Shown here: one piece after another, positions 17,385-26,351 of the stretch
Layout of the letters: each line of letters opens with the position of its first letter
Position numbering within the stretch: the first letter of the stretch is position 1
Assembly (NCBI GenBank): GCA_041649575.1
Contig: JBAZMW010000002.1
Span: forward strand, 1 to 32,000
Direction of reading: 5' to 3'
Source: Patescibacteria group bacterium
Lineage (GTDB): Bacteria > Patescibacteriota > Patescibacteriia > 2-01-FULL-39-33
Length of the DNA: 32,000 bases
The notes under the pieces: generated by a model
The model's input: only the letters and a program-made list of their open reading frames with translations
What the model was told of the DNA's origin: nothing
The model's database searches: none
Translations under genes and position numbers: made by a program

Positions 17385-18239
17385 ATGGAAAATAAAAAAA
17401 TTGGTTTTATCGGCCAGGGCTGGATTGGCAAAAATTACGCCGATGATTTGGAAGCAAGAGGCTATGAGGTAGTCAGATATTCTCTGGAGGAGCCTTTTGT
17501 AAACAACAAGGAAAAAATAAAAGATTGTAATATTGTTTTTATCGCCGTACCCACACCAACGACCTCAGCCGGCTTCGACGATGCTATCGTCAGAAGCGCT
17601 GTCAAATTGGTCGGTAGCGGCCAGTCGGCGGTTATCAAGTCTACTATTTTACCAGGTACCACCCAATCGATTCAGGCAGAGAATCCCGGCATCTTCGTTT
17701 TTCATTCGCCGGAATTCCTCTCGGTCTCCACGGCCTATGAAGATTCACATCATCCACAGAGAAACATTGTCGGCATACCGGTGGATAACGAAGAATATCG
17801 TAACCGCGCTCGAGAAATTTTGTCAGTTCTGCCCACCGCCGATTTTTCCTTAATTACTGATGCCAGGGAGGCGGAGCTTTTTAAATATCTACGTAATTGT
17901 TTTTTTTATACCAAAGTCATCTATATGAATTTGCTGTACGATCTGGCGAAAAACCTCGGCTGTCGTTGGGAGACGCTTAGAGAAATTATGGCCAATGATC
18001 CCTGGATTGGCAGCATGCACATAGACCCGGTACATAAATCTGGCCGTGGCGCCGGCGGCGAATGTTTCATTAAAGATTTTGCCGCTTTCAGGAAATTTTA
18101 TCAGGCAAAGGTCTCCGATAGCGTGGCCGATGAAATTTTCAAGAGTCTGGAAGACAAAAACCGTGAACTACTTATAAAAAGCAATAAGGATTTGAATTTG
18201 CTAAAAGGGGTCTACGGCGAAGAGACAACAAAAAAATAA
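17385..18239 (+). CDS. UDP-glucose/GDP-mannose dehydrogenase-like protein lacking the C-terminal UDP-binding domain
   Basis: Rossmann 'KIGFIGQGWIGKNYADDL', 'NIVFIAVPTPTT', 'STILPGTT', 'HSPEFLSVSTAYEDSHHPQRNIVG', catalytic-type 'GRGAGGECFIKDFAAF'; only 284 aa. Confidence 0.82.
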   Translation: MENKKIGFIGQGWIGKNYADDLEARGYEVVRYSLEEPFVNNKEKIKDCNIVFIAVPTPTTSAGFDDAIVRSAVKLVGSGQSAVIKSTILPGTTQSIQAENPGIFVFHSPEFLSVSTAYEDSHHPQRNIVGIPVDNEEYRNRAREILSVLPTADFSLITDAREAELFKYLRNCFFYTKVIYMNLLYDLAKNLGCRWETLREIMANDPWIGSMHIDPVHKSGRGAGGECFIKDFAAFRKFYQAKVSDSVADEIFKSLEDKNRELLIKSNKDLNLLKGVYGEETTKK

Positions 18240-18260
18240 ATTTTTTTATAAAAATAATAA

Positions 18261-18295
18261 CGCGTCGTCCCCGCTTGAGTCAGGGGGACGACGCG
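18261..18295 (-). terminator. Strong intrinsic terminator of the minus-strand Nudix-like gene
   Basis: 12-bp perfect GC-rich stem CGCGTCGTCCCC / GGGGACGACGCG with 11-nt loop; on the minus strand it is followed by TTATTATTTTTAT. Confidence 0.85.
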
Positions 18296-18314
18296 GTCTG
18301 TACTTGGTGCGTGT

Positions 18315-18827
18315 CTAGACGTACTGCAGCAGATCGAAGAACGGTCTCTGGTGTTCCATAAACGGCTTCGGAAGCTGGTCGACCCTAAACCATTTTCCCT
18401 CTGTTCTTCTTAGAGCTTCTTCCTCCGCCGTCGTATCGACTACCACGTAGAAGACACAGTGCATTTCGCCACCGTAGATGTGCTTCGAATAGACAACGCC
18501 GAGTAATTCCGCATCTTCCGCCAGGTCCGGACACCCGATTCCTCTAGCTATCCGCCACAGGGTGTCTTTCACTAAATTATCCGATAGCTGCGCTATCTCG
18601 CCGGCGACATGCCATCGGGAAGCAAAGCGAAGGGCGTCTGACGGGTTCTGCACCAGAAAGACCTCCCTGACTTTTTGCCGCTGCCTTATCACCAGCAACT
18701 CTACGGCTGGCAGGCGCAGGAGCCGCGCTAAAGCGCGCAGCAGTTCCGGAGACAGAGTGCCCCAAACCCTCGCTAGCAGCCTTAAAACTACATCCTCTTT
18801 TTCTGAGCTCAATCCTTCCGTGGCCAT
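18315..18827 (-). CDS. Nudix-like hydrolase-fold protein, Nudix box degenerate
   Basis: 'VREVFLVQNP...RWHVAGEIAQLSDNLVKDTLWRIARGIG...VYSKHIYGGEMHCVFYVVVD...GKWFRVDQLP' resembles Nudix organisation. ATG at 18827 has a Shine-Dalgarno (AAAAGGAGG) upstream; the ORF track start at 18986 is unlikely. Confidence 0.5.
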   Translation of the reverse strand: MATEGLSSEKEDVVLRLLARVWGTLSPELLRALARLLRLPAVELLVIRQRQKVREVFLVQNPSDALRFASRWHVAGEIAQLSDNLVKDTLWRIARGIGCPDLAEDAELLGVVYSKHIYGGEMHCVFYVVVDTTAEEEALRRTEGKWFRVDQLPKPFMEHQRPFFDLLQYV

Positions 18828-18900
18828 CTGTAAACGCCTCCTTTTCCACTTTCTTATGTACAGGACTAAGACCTGCCACATCAGTAGCAGATTATTTATT

Positions 18901-18929
18901 ATAATATGACTTTCCGACGTTCCTGTCAA
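18901..18929 (-). promoter_or_regulatory. Consensus-like sigma70 promoter of the Nudix-like gene
   Basis: Minus strand: TTGACA, 17-nt spacer, TATTAT. Confidence 0.75.
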
Positions 18930-19027
18930 TGACCAGGAACTTTTGACTTTTTTGCTGAAATATACGATAATAATAGGGATAATCATTGGTTTAGGTAGAT
19001 AAAGAATGCCAAGGTAATTTTTTTAAT

Positions 19028-20170
19028 ATGAGCAAAATTCTCATTTTTTCCCTGGCCTATCATCCTTTTGTCGGCGGGGCTGAAGTGGCTATCAAGGAAA
19101 TCACCGAGCGGCTGGCTGGCGAGTTTGAATTTGAAATGATCACTGCCAATTTGGACGGTCGGCAAAAAGAATTTGAAGAGAATTTTAACGGCCTTAGCAA
19201 GATTTATCGTCTTGGCAAAAGAAAATCAGATAAATATTTTTTTCCTTGGTTGGCCTGCCGCAAAGCCGTTGAGCTGCACCGGCAGAGTAATTATCAGATG
19301 ATTTGGGCGATGATGGCCAACCAGGCCGGCTGGGCCGCTCTGAAATTCAAGAAGAAATTCCCACAAGTTCCATATTTGCTCACTTTGCAGGAAGGGGATA
19401 GCGAATGGGATATCTGGCGGCGGACATTTTTGATTCGGCCTATTTACAAAGCGATCTACAAAAAAGCTGATTATATTCAGGCTATTAGTAATTTTCTAGC
19501 CCAGCGGGCGAAGAATTTGGGAGCTAAGTGTCCGATAGAAGTGGTGCCGAATGGAATAAGTAACGTCATTGCGAGCGAAGCGAAGCAATCCCATATTTTT
19601 AAAAATAAAGATTTAAAGAGAGTTATAACAGTTTCCAGGTTGGTTAAAAAAAATGGCCTGGAGGATTTAGTAAAAGCCATGGAATTAGTTAATAAAGATT
19701 ATGACAAGCCAGTCGTTCTAAAAATAATTGGCGATGGAGAATTAAAATACAAATTAGAAAAAGCAGTTAATTATTCAAAAATAAAAGACAAAATTGCATT
19801 CTTGGGAAAAATAAATAATGAAAAAGTTTATGAATATTTGGCTCAAGCCGATATTTTTGTTCGGCCGTCATTGTCTGAAGGGTTGGGTAACGCTTTTTTA
19901 GAGGCTATGGCTTGTGGCGTGCCGGTCATTGCCACTCCGGTTGGCGGTATTCCCGATTTTTTGAAAGACGGCGAAACTGGCTGGTTTTGCGAGGTAAGAA
20001 ACCCCAAAAGCATTGCCGAAAAAATAAAGTATATTTTTGATGAGGAAAATAAGGAAGAAGTTGACAGGGTGGTCAAAAGTGCCAAAAAGATGGTAGAAGA
20101 AAATTATAATTGGGAAAAAATCAGTTTGGACCTGAAAAAAATTTTTAACCATTTAATAAACCAAGAATGA
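19028..20170 (+). CDS. Glycosyltransferase family 4
   Basis: 'LAYHPFVGGAEVAIKEITERL', 'VVPNGI', 'VRPSLSEGLGNAFLEAMACGVPVIATPVGGIPDFLKDGETGW'. Confidence 0.93.
   Translation: MSKILIFSLAYHPFVGGAEVAIKEITERLAGEFEFEMITANLDGRQKEFEENFNGLSKIYRLGKRKSDKYFFPWLACRKAVELHRQSNYQMIWAMMANQAGWAALKFKKKFPQVPYLLTLQEGDSEWDIWRRTFLIRPIYKAIYKKADYIQAISNFLAQRAKNLGAKCPIEVVPNGISNVIASEAKQSHIFKNKDLKRVITVSRLVKKNGLEDLVKAMELVNKDYDKPVVLKIIGDGELKYKLEKAVNYSKIKDKIAFLGKINNEKVYEYLAQADIFVRPSLSEGLGNAFLEAMACGVPVIATPVGGIPDFLKDGETGWFCEVRNPKSIAEKIKYIFDEENKEEVDRVVKSAKKMVEENYNWEKISLDLKKIFNHLINQE
19564..19591. repeat. REP/RPE-like dispersed repeat unit in frame inside a GT4 gene
   Basis: CGTCATTGCGAGCGAAGCGAAGCAATCC with terminal inverted ATTGC/GCAAT; translated as VIASEAKQS in the linker after the 'VVPNG' motif. 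Confidence 0.65.
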
Positions 20171-21579
20171 GAAAAGAAGTTTTGCTAATTTGTCCTCATT
20201 CCGCGCTGGAAATTTTTAAGGAATCGAAAATTAGCATCGTTATTCCCCATATCCCGTATGTATCACTGGCCAGTTTGGCTGGCGCTCTCTTGGCTGGCGG
20301 GCACGGCGTTCATATCTTGGATTTAAGTATTTCTAAAAACCCCCTGGTTGATTTGGAACAAAAACTAAAAGTTTATCAGCCGGATTTTGTGGGCGTCACT
20401 TTTACCACCGGTTTGTGCAGCGAGGCGGCCGCTATCGCCAAGAAAGTCAGGGAGCTTTGCGGCCTGGCAAAGTTGATTGCCGGCGGCGCGCACCCGTCGG
20501 TTTTTCCGGCCGAGCCGATTGAAAAATACGGTTTTGATTTTTCGGTTTTTGGCGAAGGCGAGCTTACTTTGTCGGAATTGGTTTCCGGCCGCGATGTTTC
20601 TGCCATAGACGGTCTGGCTTATCGCGGGGCCGACGGCCAGGTTGTCATTAATTCTCCCCGCGCTCTCATTGGCGATTTGGACGATCTGCCCCCTCCGGCC
20701 TATCAGCTTTACAACGCCAAAAATTATCACAGCCCGAAAGTCGCTTCACGCCGGAGCCCGGTGGCCGCCATTGAGACCAGCCGTGGCTGTCCCTACAGCT
20801 GTATTTATTGCAACAAACACATTTTTCAGACAAAATTTCGTGCCAAGTCGCCCCGACGAGTGGTTGACGAGATGGAAATCCTCTTAAACCTTGGCTACAA
20901 GGAAATTCACGTTTGGGACGATTGCTTTTCCGCTGATTTAAATCACGCTAAAGGCGTTTGCGACGAGATTGTCAGGCGCGGCGTCAAAGTCAACTGGAAT
21001 GTCTATAATGGCATCAGGGTTGACCGCGTGGATGAGGAGTTGCTTTGCAAACTTATGGCCGCGGGCTGCTACCGTCTAAGTTTTGGCATTGAATCGGGCG
21101 ACCAGGCGGTTTTGAACTTGTCTCAGAAGGGAATCACTTTAGAACAAATCAAAAACGCTGTTCGTTTGGCCAACCAAGTCGGCATAGAAACCCTTGGATT
21201 TTTTATGGTCGGTTTGCCCGGCGAAACAAAGGAGACCTTTGAAAAGACCGTTGCCTTGGCCAAAGAATTAGATTTGGATTTGCCCAAAATCGCCATTGCC
21301 ACGCCACTGCCTGGTACTAAATTTTTCGATGATTGGCGGGAAAAGGGTTTGATTAAGTCCTATAATTGGCCCGATTACGTATTGCATACCAAAAAAAGAG
21401 TAGCCAGTCATCCCAATATCGGCGATGAAGAAATGTTTAAATATTATAATTTATTTTACCGGCAGCTGTATTTACGCCCGAGTTTTATTGCGAAAAGATT
21501 TTGGCGAGGACTAAGAACCGGAGAGATATTTTTTGATATCTATTATTTTTTGAAGGTTTTTATTGGCTTTAAATGGTAA
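20167..21579 (+). CDS. B12-binding-domain radical SAM protein
   Basis: N-terminal cobalamin-binding-like 'PHIPYVSLASLAGALLAGGHGVHILDL...VGVTFTTG...KLIAGGAHPS...GEGE' and 'ETSRGCPYSCIYCNKH' (CxxxCxxC). Confidence 0.92.
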   Translation: MRKEVLLICPHSALEIFKESKISIVIPHIPYVSLASLAGALLAGGHGVHILDLSISKNPLVDLEQKLKVYQPDFVGVTFTTGLCSEAAAIAKKVRELCGLAKLIAGGAHPSVFPAEPIEKYGFDFSVFGEGELTLSELVSGRDVSAIDGLAYRGADGQVVINSPRALIGDLDDLPPPAYQLYNAKNYHSPKVASRRSPVAAIETSRGCPYSCIYCNKHIFQTKFRAKSPRRVVDEMEILLNLGYKEIHVWDDCFSADLNHAKGVCDEIVRRGVKVNWNVYNGIRVDRVDEELLCKLMAAGCYRLSFGIESGDQAVLNLSQKGITLEQIKNAVRLANQVGIETLGFFMVGLPGETKETFEKTVALAKELDLDLPKIAIATPLPGTKFFDDWREKGLIKSYNWPDYVLHTKKRVASHPNIGDEEMFKYYNLFYRQLYLRPSFIAKRFWRGLRTGEIFFDIYYFLKVFIGFKW

Positions 21580-21602
21580 AAGTATAAATTCATTCTACCG
21601 TG

Positions 21603-23000
21603 ATGTTAAAGTTTTTTAAAAAATATAAAATAGAAATCATCTTATTGGTGGTTTCTCTTTTGGCCCATTTCTTTTTCTTTTTTTTGTTGTTGCACAACTA
21701 CGGCCATAATTTTCCCTACGACACCAATGAAGATGCGGCGGAATTTTTTACTATTAGTAAAAACATTTATTTTCATGGGGCTTTTTCCAGCGAGCCGGAG
21801 CTGATACAATATCCAAACAGTTTGCGTACCCCGCTTTACCCGGCTTATTTGGCTGGCTTCAATATTTTCACAACCAGTCCTTTATTGCCGATAATTCTAC
21901 AAAATATTCTGGCCGCTTTGGCCGTGGTTTTGGTTTATCGCCTGGGTCTGTTGGTAGTAAAAAACAAAACCATCAGCTGGCTGGCCGCTTTGTTGTTTGC
22001 CCTCGACCCGCTTGCTAATTATTGGGCCAATATCACCGAGCCGGATACCTTGCTGGTAGTGGCGACTCTGGTGGTTTTGGTTTCATTTTTCAAGTTTCGC
22101 GACAGCGGCCAGTTAAAATTTCTGGCCCTCACTAGTTTGTTCTTGGGTCTGTCGATTTTAATCAAACCGGTGGCGCTTTATTTCCCCATTTTCTTTGTCC
22201 TGATGATTATCGGGGACGCGTTTTTTAAAAAACAGCTGCCAAAAGGAATCAAATGGTCGGCGATTTTTTTGGCGATTACATTTTTGGTGGTCGCGCCGTG
22301 GCTGGGGCGCAATTATTCAAGGTTCGGCGTTTTCTCTGTTTCGTCTATTTCCGGTTACAATCTCTATAGTTACGCCGCTGTCGTTGGTCCTTACCCGCAA
22401 GAGGTAAAAGATTATTTAGTGGAGGTGAAAGAAAAATACGGCCAGTTTGGCCAGAATCGTAATGGCGAGCGCGATCTGCGGGCGCAAAAAAAATTCAAAG
22501 CATTGGCGGTCAAAATAATTATGGCCAATCCGATCGTTTATGCCAAGGCGCATGTCCTGGGCATGGCCAGATTTTTTTTGGACGACGGTCATAAGGAAAT
22601 TTTTTACAACCGGCACTACAGGGCGATGCTGATTTATAATACGCCCGAGCCGACTGACAAGCCGGATATCACCGGTGAATTTAAAAAAGGCAATTTCGGC
22701 GTCATCTGGACCACGATAAAAACCGCCAATTGTTATACGGTAATCTATTTTATTTCCAAATTAATTTATTTTTTGGCCTATCTCCTGATTCTTTTCGGCT
22801 TGATAACTTCTGGCCGGCGTGACAAAAAAATGTTTGGCGCCTTTTTATTTTTACTGTCGTTGGCCTTTTTCATTGCTTTGGCGGCCGGGCCTTATGGTCC
22901 GTCTGTTCGTTATCGTTTGCCGGTTCTGCCCGGTCTGCTCTTGGTGATGGTCTATGGTTTTATGAGTTTGAAAAAAATCAAGAATCCAACAATAAAATAA
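21603..23000 (+). CDS. GT39/ArnT-like integral-membrane glycosyltransferase
   Basis: 'PYDTNEDAAEFFTISKNIYFHGAF...YPNSLRTPLYPAYLAGFNIF', multi-TM; 'FALDPLANYWANITEPDTLLVV'. Confidence 0.75.
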   Translation: MLKFFKKYKIEIILLVVSLLAHFFFFFLLLHNYGHNFPYDTNEDAAEFFTISKNIYFHGAFSSEPELIQYPNSLRTPLYPAYLAGFNIFTTSPLLPIILQNILAALAVVLVYRLGLLVVKNKTISWLAALLFALDPLANYWANITEPDTLLVVATLVVLVSFFKFRDSGQLKFLALTSLFLGLSILIKPVALYFPIFFVLMIIGDAFFKKQLPKGIKWSAIFLAITFLVVAPWLGRNYSRFGVFSVSSISGYNLYSYAAVVGPYPQEVKDYLVEVKEKYGQFGQNRNGERDLRAQKKFKALAVKIIMANPIVYAKAHVLGMARFFLDDGHKEIFYNRHYRAMLIYNTPEPTDKPDITGEFKKGNFGVIWTTIKTANCYTVIYFISKLIYFLAYLLILFGLITSGRRDKKMFGAFLFLLSLAFFIALAAGPYGPSVRYRLPVLPGLLLVMVYGFMSLKKIKNPTIK

Positions 23001-23030
23001 TCGTCTCTAAACTAAAAATATTTTCCGATT

Positions 23031-24458
23031 ATGTCTGGTCAGGTTGAAGAAAAATTTATTATTTTAGGTGCTGGGCCGGCGGGTCTGGCGGCTGGTTATG
23101 AGTTGGCAAAAAACGGTAAAAAAGTTGTTTTGATCGAAAAAGACGACGGCGTCGGCGGATTAAGCCGGACCAAAAAATATCAGGGTCATTATTTTGATTT
23201 AGGCCCTCATCGTTTTTTCACCAAGAATAATGAAGTGGAATCACTCTGGCGGGCTTTATTGGGCAATGACTTTTTGGAATTGCCGCGTTTGACACGGATT
23301 TACTACAAAAAAAATTTTTATCATTATCCGCTTCAGCCGGTGGACGCTTTGTATAAACTGGGATTAGTCAGGTCGGTCTGGGTGATCGGCAGCCTGCTCA
23401 AGACAAAATTCAAAAACTTATTTTTTAGAAAACCAGAGGCGAGCTTCGAAGATTGGGTGACTAATCGTTTCGGCAGTAAATTATTTTCTATATTTTTTAA
23501 GAGCTATACCGAAAAGTTATGGGGCATCAGCACTCGTGATTTAGGAGCGGATTGGGCAGTCCAGCGGATCAAAAACCTATCATTAATTTCAGCGATTAAA
23601 AATGCCATTTTTGGCGATGAACACGGTAAAGTAAAGTCGCTGATTGAGAGATTTAATTATCCAAAGCGTGGCGCTGGTATGATGTATGAAAAAATGGCCG
23701 AGAATATCAAAAAATTGGGCGGAGAAATTATTTATAATGCTAACGTCAAAAACATTTTACATGACGAAGACAAAGTCAGTGGCGTGATAATCGAGGATCA
23801 GAGCGGTGAGCGCCAAGTCGCCGGTGATTACATCATTTCCAGTTTGGCGCTAAACGACATGATTAGAGCACTGTCTCCCTTGGCTCCGGAAAATGTTTTA
23901 CGCGCGGCCGAAAATTTACGCTTTCGCTCGTTGGTCATTGTCTATTTGGTGGTCGAAGCGTCACAAGTCTTCCCGGATAACTGGGTTTATGTTCATGAGC
24001 CGGATTTAAAGGTTACCCGCGTCCAAGACACGAGCAGTTTTGGCCCATACCTGTCCGAGAATAAAAACCAAACCATGGTTTGCTTGGAGTATGCTTGCTG
24101 GTCTGGTGATGCCCTGTGGAGCCAGTCTGACGATGAGTTGGTGGAAATGGGCAAAAGAGACATCGCTGCCATGGGGCTTTTGGGCGGCTCAAGGATTTTG
24201 GACGGTTTGGTCGGACGCATCCCTTATGCTTATCCGGTTTATGCTTTCAATTACGAAGATAATTTGAAAATAATTTTTGATTATTTAGGCCAGTTTAAAA
24301 ATTTTCAAACCGTCGGCCGGTCTGGCTTATTCCACTACAACAACATGGACCACTCCATTTTGACTGGCATTTTCGCCGCCAGGAATTTCATGGGCTCAAA
24401 CTACGATGTCTACAAAGTCAATGCCGAAGCCGATTATCACGAATGCAAATTACCATAA
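23031..24458 (+). CDS. NAD(P)/FAD-dependent oxidoreductase (amine oxidase / protoporphyrinogen-oxidase-like family)
   Basis: 'FIILGAGPAGLAAGYELAKNGKKVVLIEKDDGVGGLSRT' dinucleotide-binding motif; C-terminal 'GRSGLFHYNNMDHSILTGIFAARNFMG'. Confidence 0.87.
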   Translation: MSGQVEEKFIILGAGPAGLAAGYELAKNGKKVVLIEKDDGVGGLSRTKKYQGHYFDLGPHRFFTKNNEVESLWRALLGNDFLELPRLTRIYYKKNFYHYPLQPVDALYKLGLVRSVWVIGSLLKTKFKNLFFRKPEASFEDWVTNRFGSKLFSIFFKSYTEKLWGISTRDLGADWAVQRIKNLSLISAIKNAIFGDEHGKVKSLIERFNYPKRGAGMMYEKMAENIKKLGGEIIYNANVKNILHDEDKVSGVIIEDQSGERQVAGDYIISSLALNDMIRALSPLAPENVLRAAENLRFRSLVIVYLVVEASQVFPDNWVYVHEPDLKVTRVQDTSSFGPYLSENKNQTMVCLEYACWSGDALWSQSDDELVEMGKRDIAAMGLLGGSRILDGLVGRIPYAYPVYAFNYEDNLKIIFDYLGQFKNFQTVGRSGLFHYNNMDHSILTGIFAARNFMGSNYDVYKVNAEADYHECKLP

Positions 24459-24460
24459 AT

Positions 24461-25198
24461 ATGGATCAAAAAAAAGCTGGTATAAATTTTAAAAAAGGCA
24501 AATTGGTCTCTGGTGTTATTTATCCTTCGTTTTTTCCCATTACCAAAGAAGACCTGGTGCTTAATATTGGTTGCGGCGATGGAGTGCAGGCCGTGGTTTA
24601 TGGCGGTAATTTCAAGGAAATGGTTGGCGTTGATATTAACGAGAAAAGTTTGGCCACAGCCGTGGCAGTGATGGATTATTATGGTATAAAAAATTTCAAA
24701 TCGATCGGTGGTAATGTCGAAAAAATTCCGCTTAACGATCGGTTTGATAAGGCAATAGCCATCGACATTATTGAACACGTTATTCATCCAGAAAAAGTAA
24801 TTGGAGAAATAAGAAGATTGCTTAAGGATAATGGGCGGCTACTGATGACCTTTCCAGCCATGCATGATAAATGGGAGCGTTTCTTCCGTTTGGTGGGTCA
24901 AAAGATTCTGCGGCGCCGGAGCCAGGCCGCCAGCAAAAACGGCTGGAACCCGGATCGGCACCAACATGATTATTCGCTCAAGAAATGGCTGAAATTGCTC
25001 CAGCACGGCGGTTTTAAATTGGTGAAGTCGCGCGCCAGCACCATGTGGCCGCCGCTGCATTATTTGGGTCTGCCAAAATTTTGGTTTTCCAGTAAAATTA
25101 TCAGAACAATTGATGGGTTCTTTTGCCGGTTGCCAATTGTTAAAAATTTCGGTCAAGCATTGGTTTGCGAATTCATAAAAGACAACAAACATGAATAA
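24461..25198 (+). CDS. Class I SAM-dependent methyltransferase
   Basis: 'VLNIGCGDGVQAVVYGG', 'FDKAIAIDIIEHVIHPEKVIGEIRRLLKDNGRLLMTFP'. Alternative in-frame ATG at 24443. Confidence 0.88.
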   Translation: MDQKKAGINFKKGKLVSGVIYPSFFPITKEDLVLNIGCGDGVQAVVYGGNFKEMVGVDINEKSLATAVAVMDYYGIKNFKSIGGNVEKIPLNDRFDKAIAIDIIEHVIHPEKVIGEIRRLLKDNGRLLMTFPAMHDKWERFFRLVGQKILRRRSQAASKNGWNPDRHQHDYSLKKWLKLLQHGGFKLVKSRASTMWPPLHYLGLPKFWFSSKIIRTIDGFFCRLPIVKNFGQALVCEFIKDNKHE

Positions 25199-26351
25199 GT
25201 TGAAAAAACAAAATCAGAGCATTATCATTGCCGCTGATATTTTTCCGCCGGACATCGGCGGCCCGGCAACCTATAGTCAAAAAGTTGCCGCCGAATTAAA
25301 AAACAAAGGCTGGCAAGTCAAATTAATTTGCTATAGTGATAAAAAGATTAAGGATGATCTCGGTTTTCCGGTTTATAGGATTATTCGAGGCAAATTTGCG
25401 CCTTGGCGCTATCTAAAATACTTTTTAAAGTTATGCCAACTGGCTAGAGGCGTTGACATAATTTACGCCATGGGTCCGGTGGCCGCTGGCTGGCCGGCGT
25501 CTTGGGCGGCCAAATTACTAGGCAAGAAGCTTGTTGTAAAGATAGTCGGCGATTATGCCTGGGAGCAGGCCAGAAATTTGAAGTTGACGGATTTGGGCAT
25601 AGATGAGTTTCAGACGAAAGACTGGCATGGCAAAACTGGTCGGTTGAAAAGAATTGAGACCCGTGTTTGTTTCAAGGCCGATAAAGTTATTACCCCGAGT
25701 GAGTATTTGAAAAAAATTGTGAAAGGCTGGAGCGTAGAAGAAAATAAAATTCAAGTGATTTATAATGCTATTGAATTAAAAACCGTTGAGCCGATATTAA
25801 AACAGGAAAATGAAAGGTGGTTGATTTCTGTGGCTCGTTTAGTTCCCTGGAAAGGAATTGATACAATAATTAAATTAATGCCAGAGATAATAAAAGAAAT
25901 ACCAAACTTGAAATTTATAGTTATTGGTGATGGGCCGGAAAAACCAAAACTTCAAGAGATTATCCACTCTTTTGGATTAGAAAACAGCGTCAGATTGATG
26001 GGTTTAATGACTCATGGGGATACTTTAAAATATATTTGCGCCAGTGACTTGTTTATTCTAAATAGCGGCTATGAAGGATTACCTCACGTTTTAATAGAGG
26101 CTTTATCGTGCAACGTGCCTGTTGTCGCTAGTGATGTGGGTGGCGTTTCCGAGGTTATATATTGTAATGAACTTGGGTTAATTTTCAAATATAATAATGA
26201 AAGAGAAATTTTGAAAGTAATTTTAGACTTTTTTAAAACAGGAGCCAAAAGTGATTGGTTATTAAAATCAAAAGAAAGGACTTCTTTCTTTGAACAATTT
26301 TCTTTCCCCAATATGATAAATAAAACCGAAGAATTATTAAAAAATTTATGA
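25191..26351 (+). CDS. Glycosyltransferase family 4
   Basis: 'DIFPPDIGGPATYSQKVAAEL', 'VIYNAIEL', 'FILNSGYEGLPHVLIEALSCNVPVVASDVGGVSEVI'. Confidence 0.93.
   Translation: MNKLKKQNQSIIIAADIFPPDIGGPATYSQKVAAELKNKGWQVKLICYSDKKIKDDLGFPVYRIIRGKFAPWRYLKYFLKLCQLARGVDIIYAMGPVAAGWPASWAAKLLGKKLVVKIVGDYAWEQARNLKLTDLGIDEFQTKDWHGKTGRLKRIETRVCFKADKVITPSEYLKKIVKGWSVEENKIQVIYNAIELKTVEPILKQENERWLISVARLVPWKGIDTIIKLMPEIIKEIPNLKFIVIGDGPEKPKLQEIIHSFGLENSVRLMGLMTHGDTLKYICASDLFILNSGYEGLPHVLIEALSCNVPVVASDVGGVSEVIYCNELGLIFKYNNEREILKVILDFFKTGAKSDWLLKSKERTSFFEQFSFPNMINKTEELLKNL

Noticed and set aside
18311-18320. TGTCTAGAC sequence resembling half of the 1108-1127 operator
   Set aside because: Lies over the stop codon of the Nudix-like gene and lacks the paired 10-mer, so treated as chance.
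18828-18986. N-terminal extension of the Nudix-like ORF as given in the track
   Set aside because: The extension spans the Shine-Dalgarno and promoter signals, and the ATG at 18827 has a strong ribosome-binding site.
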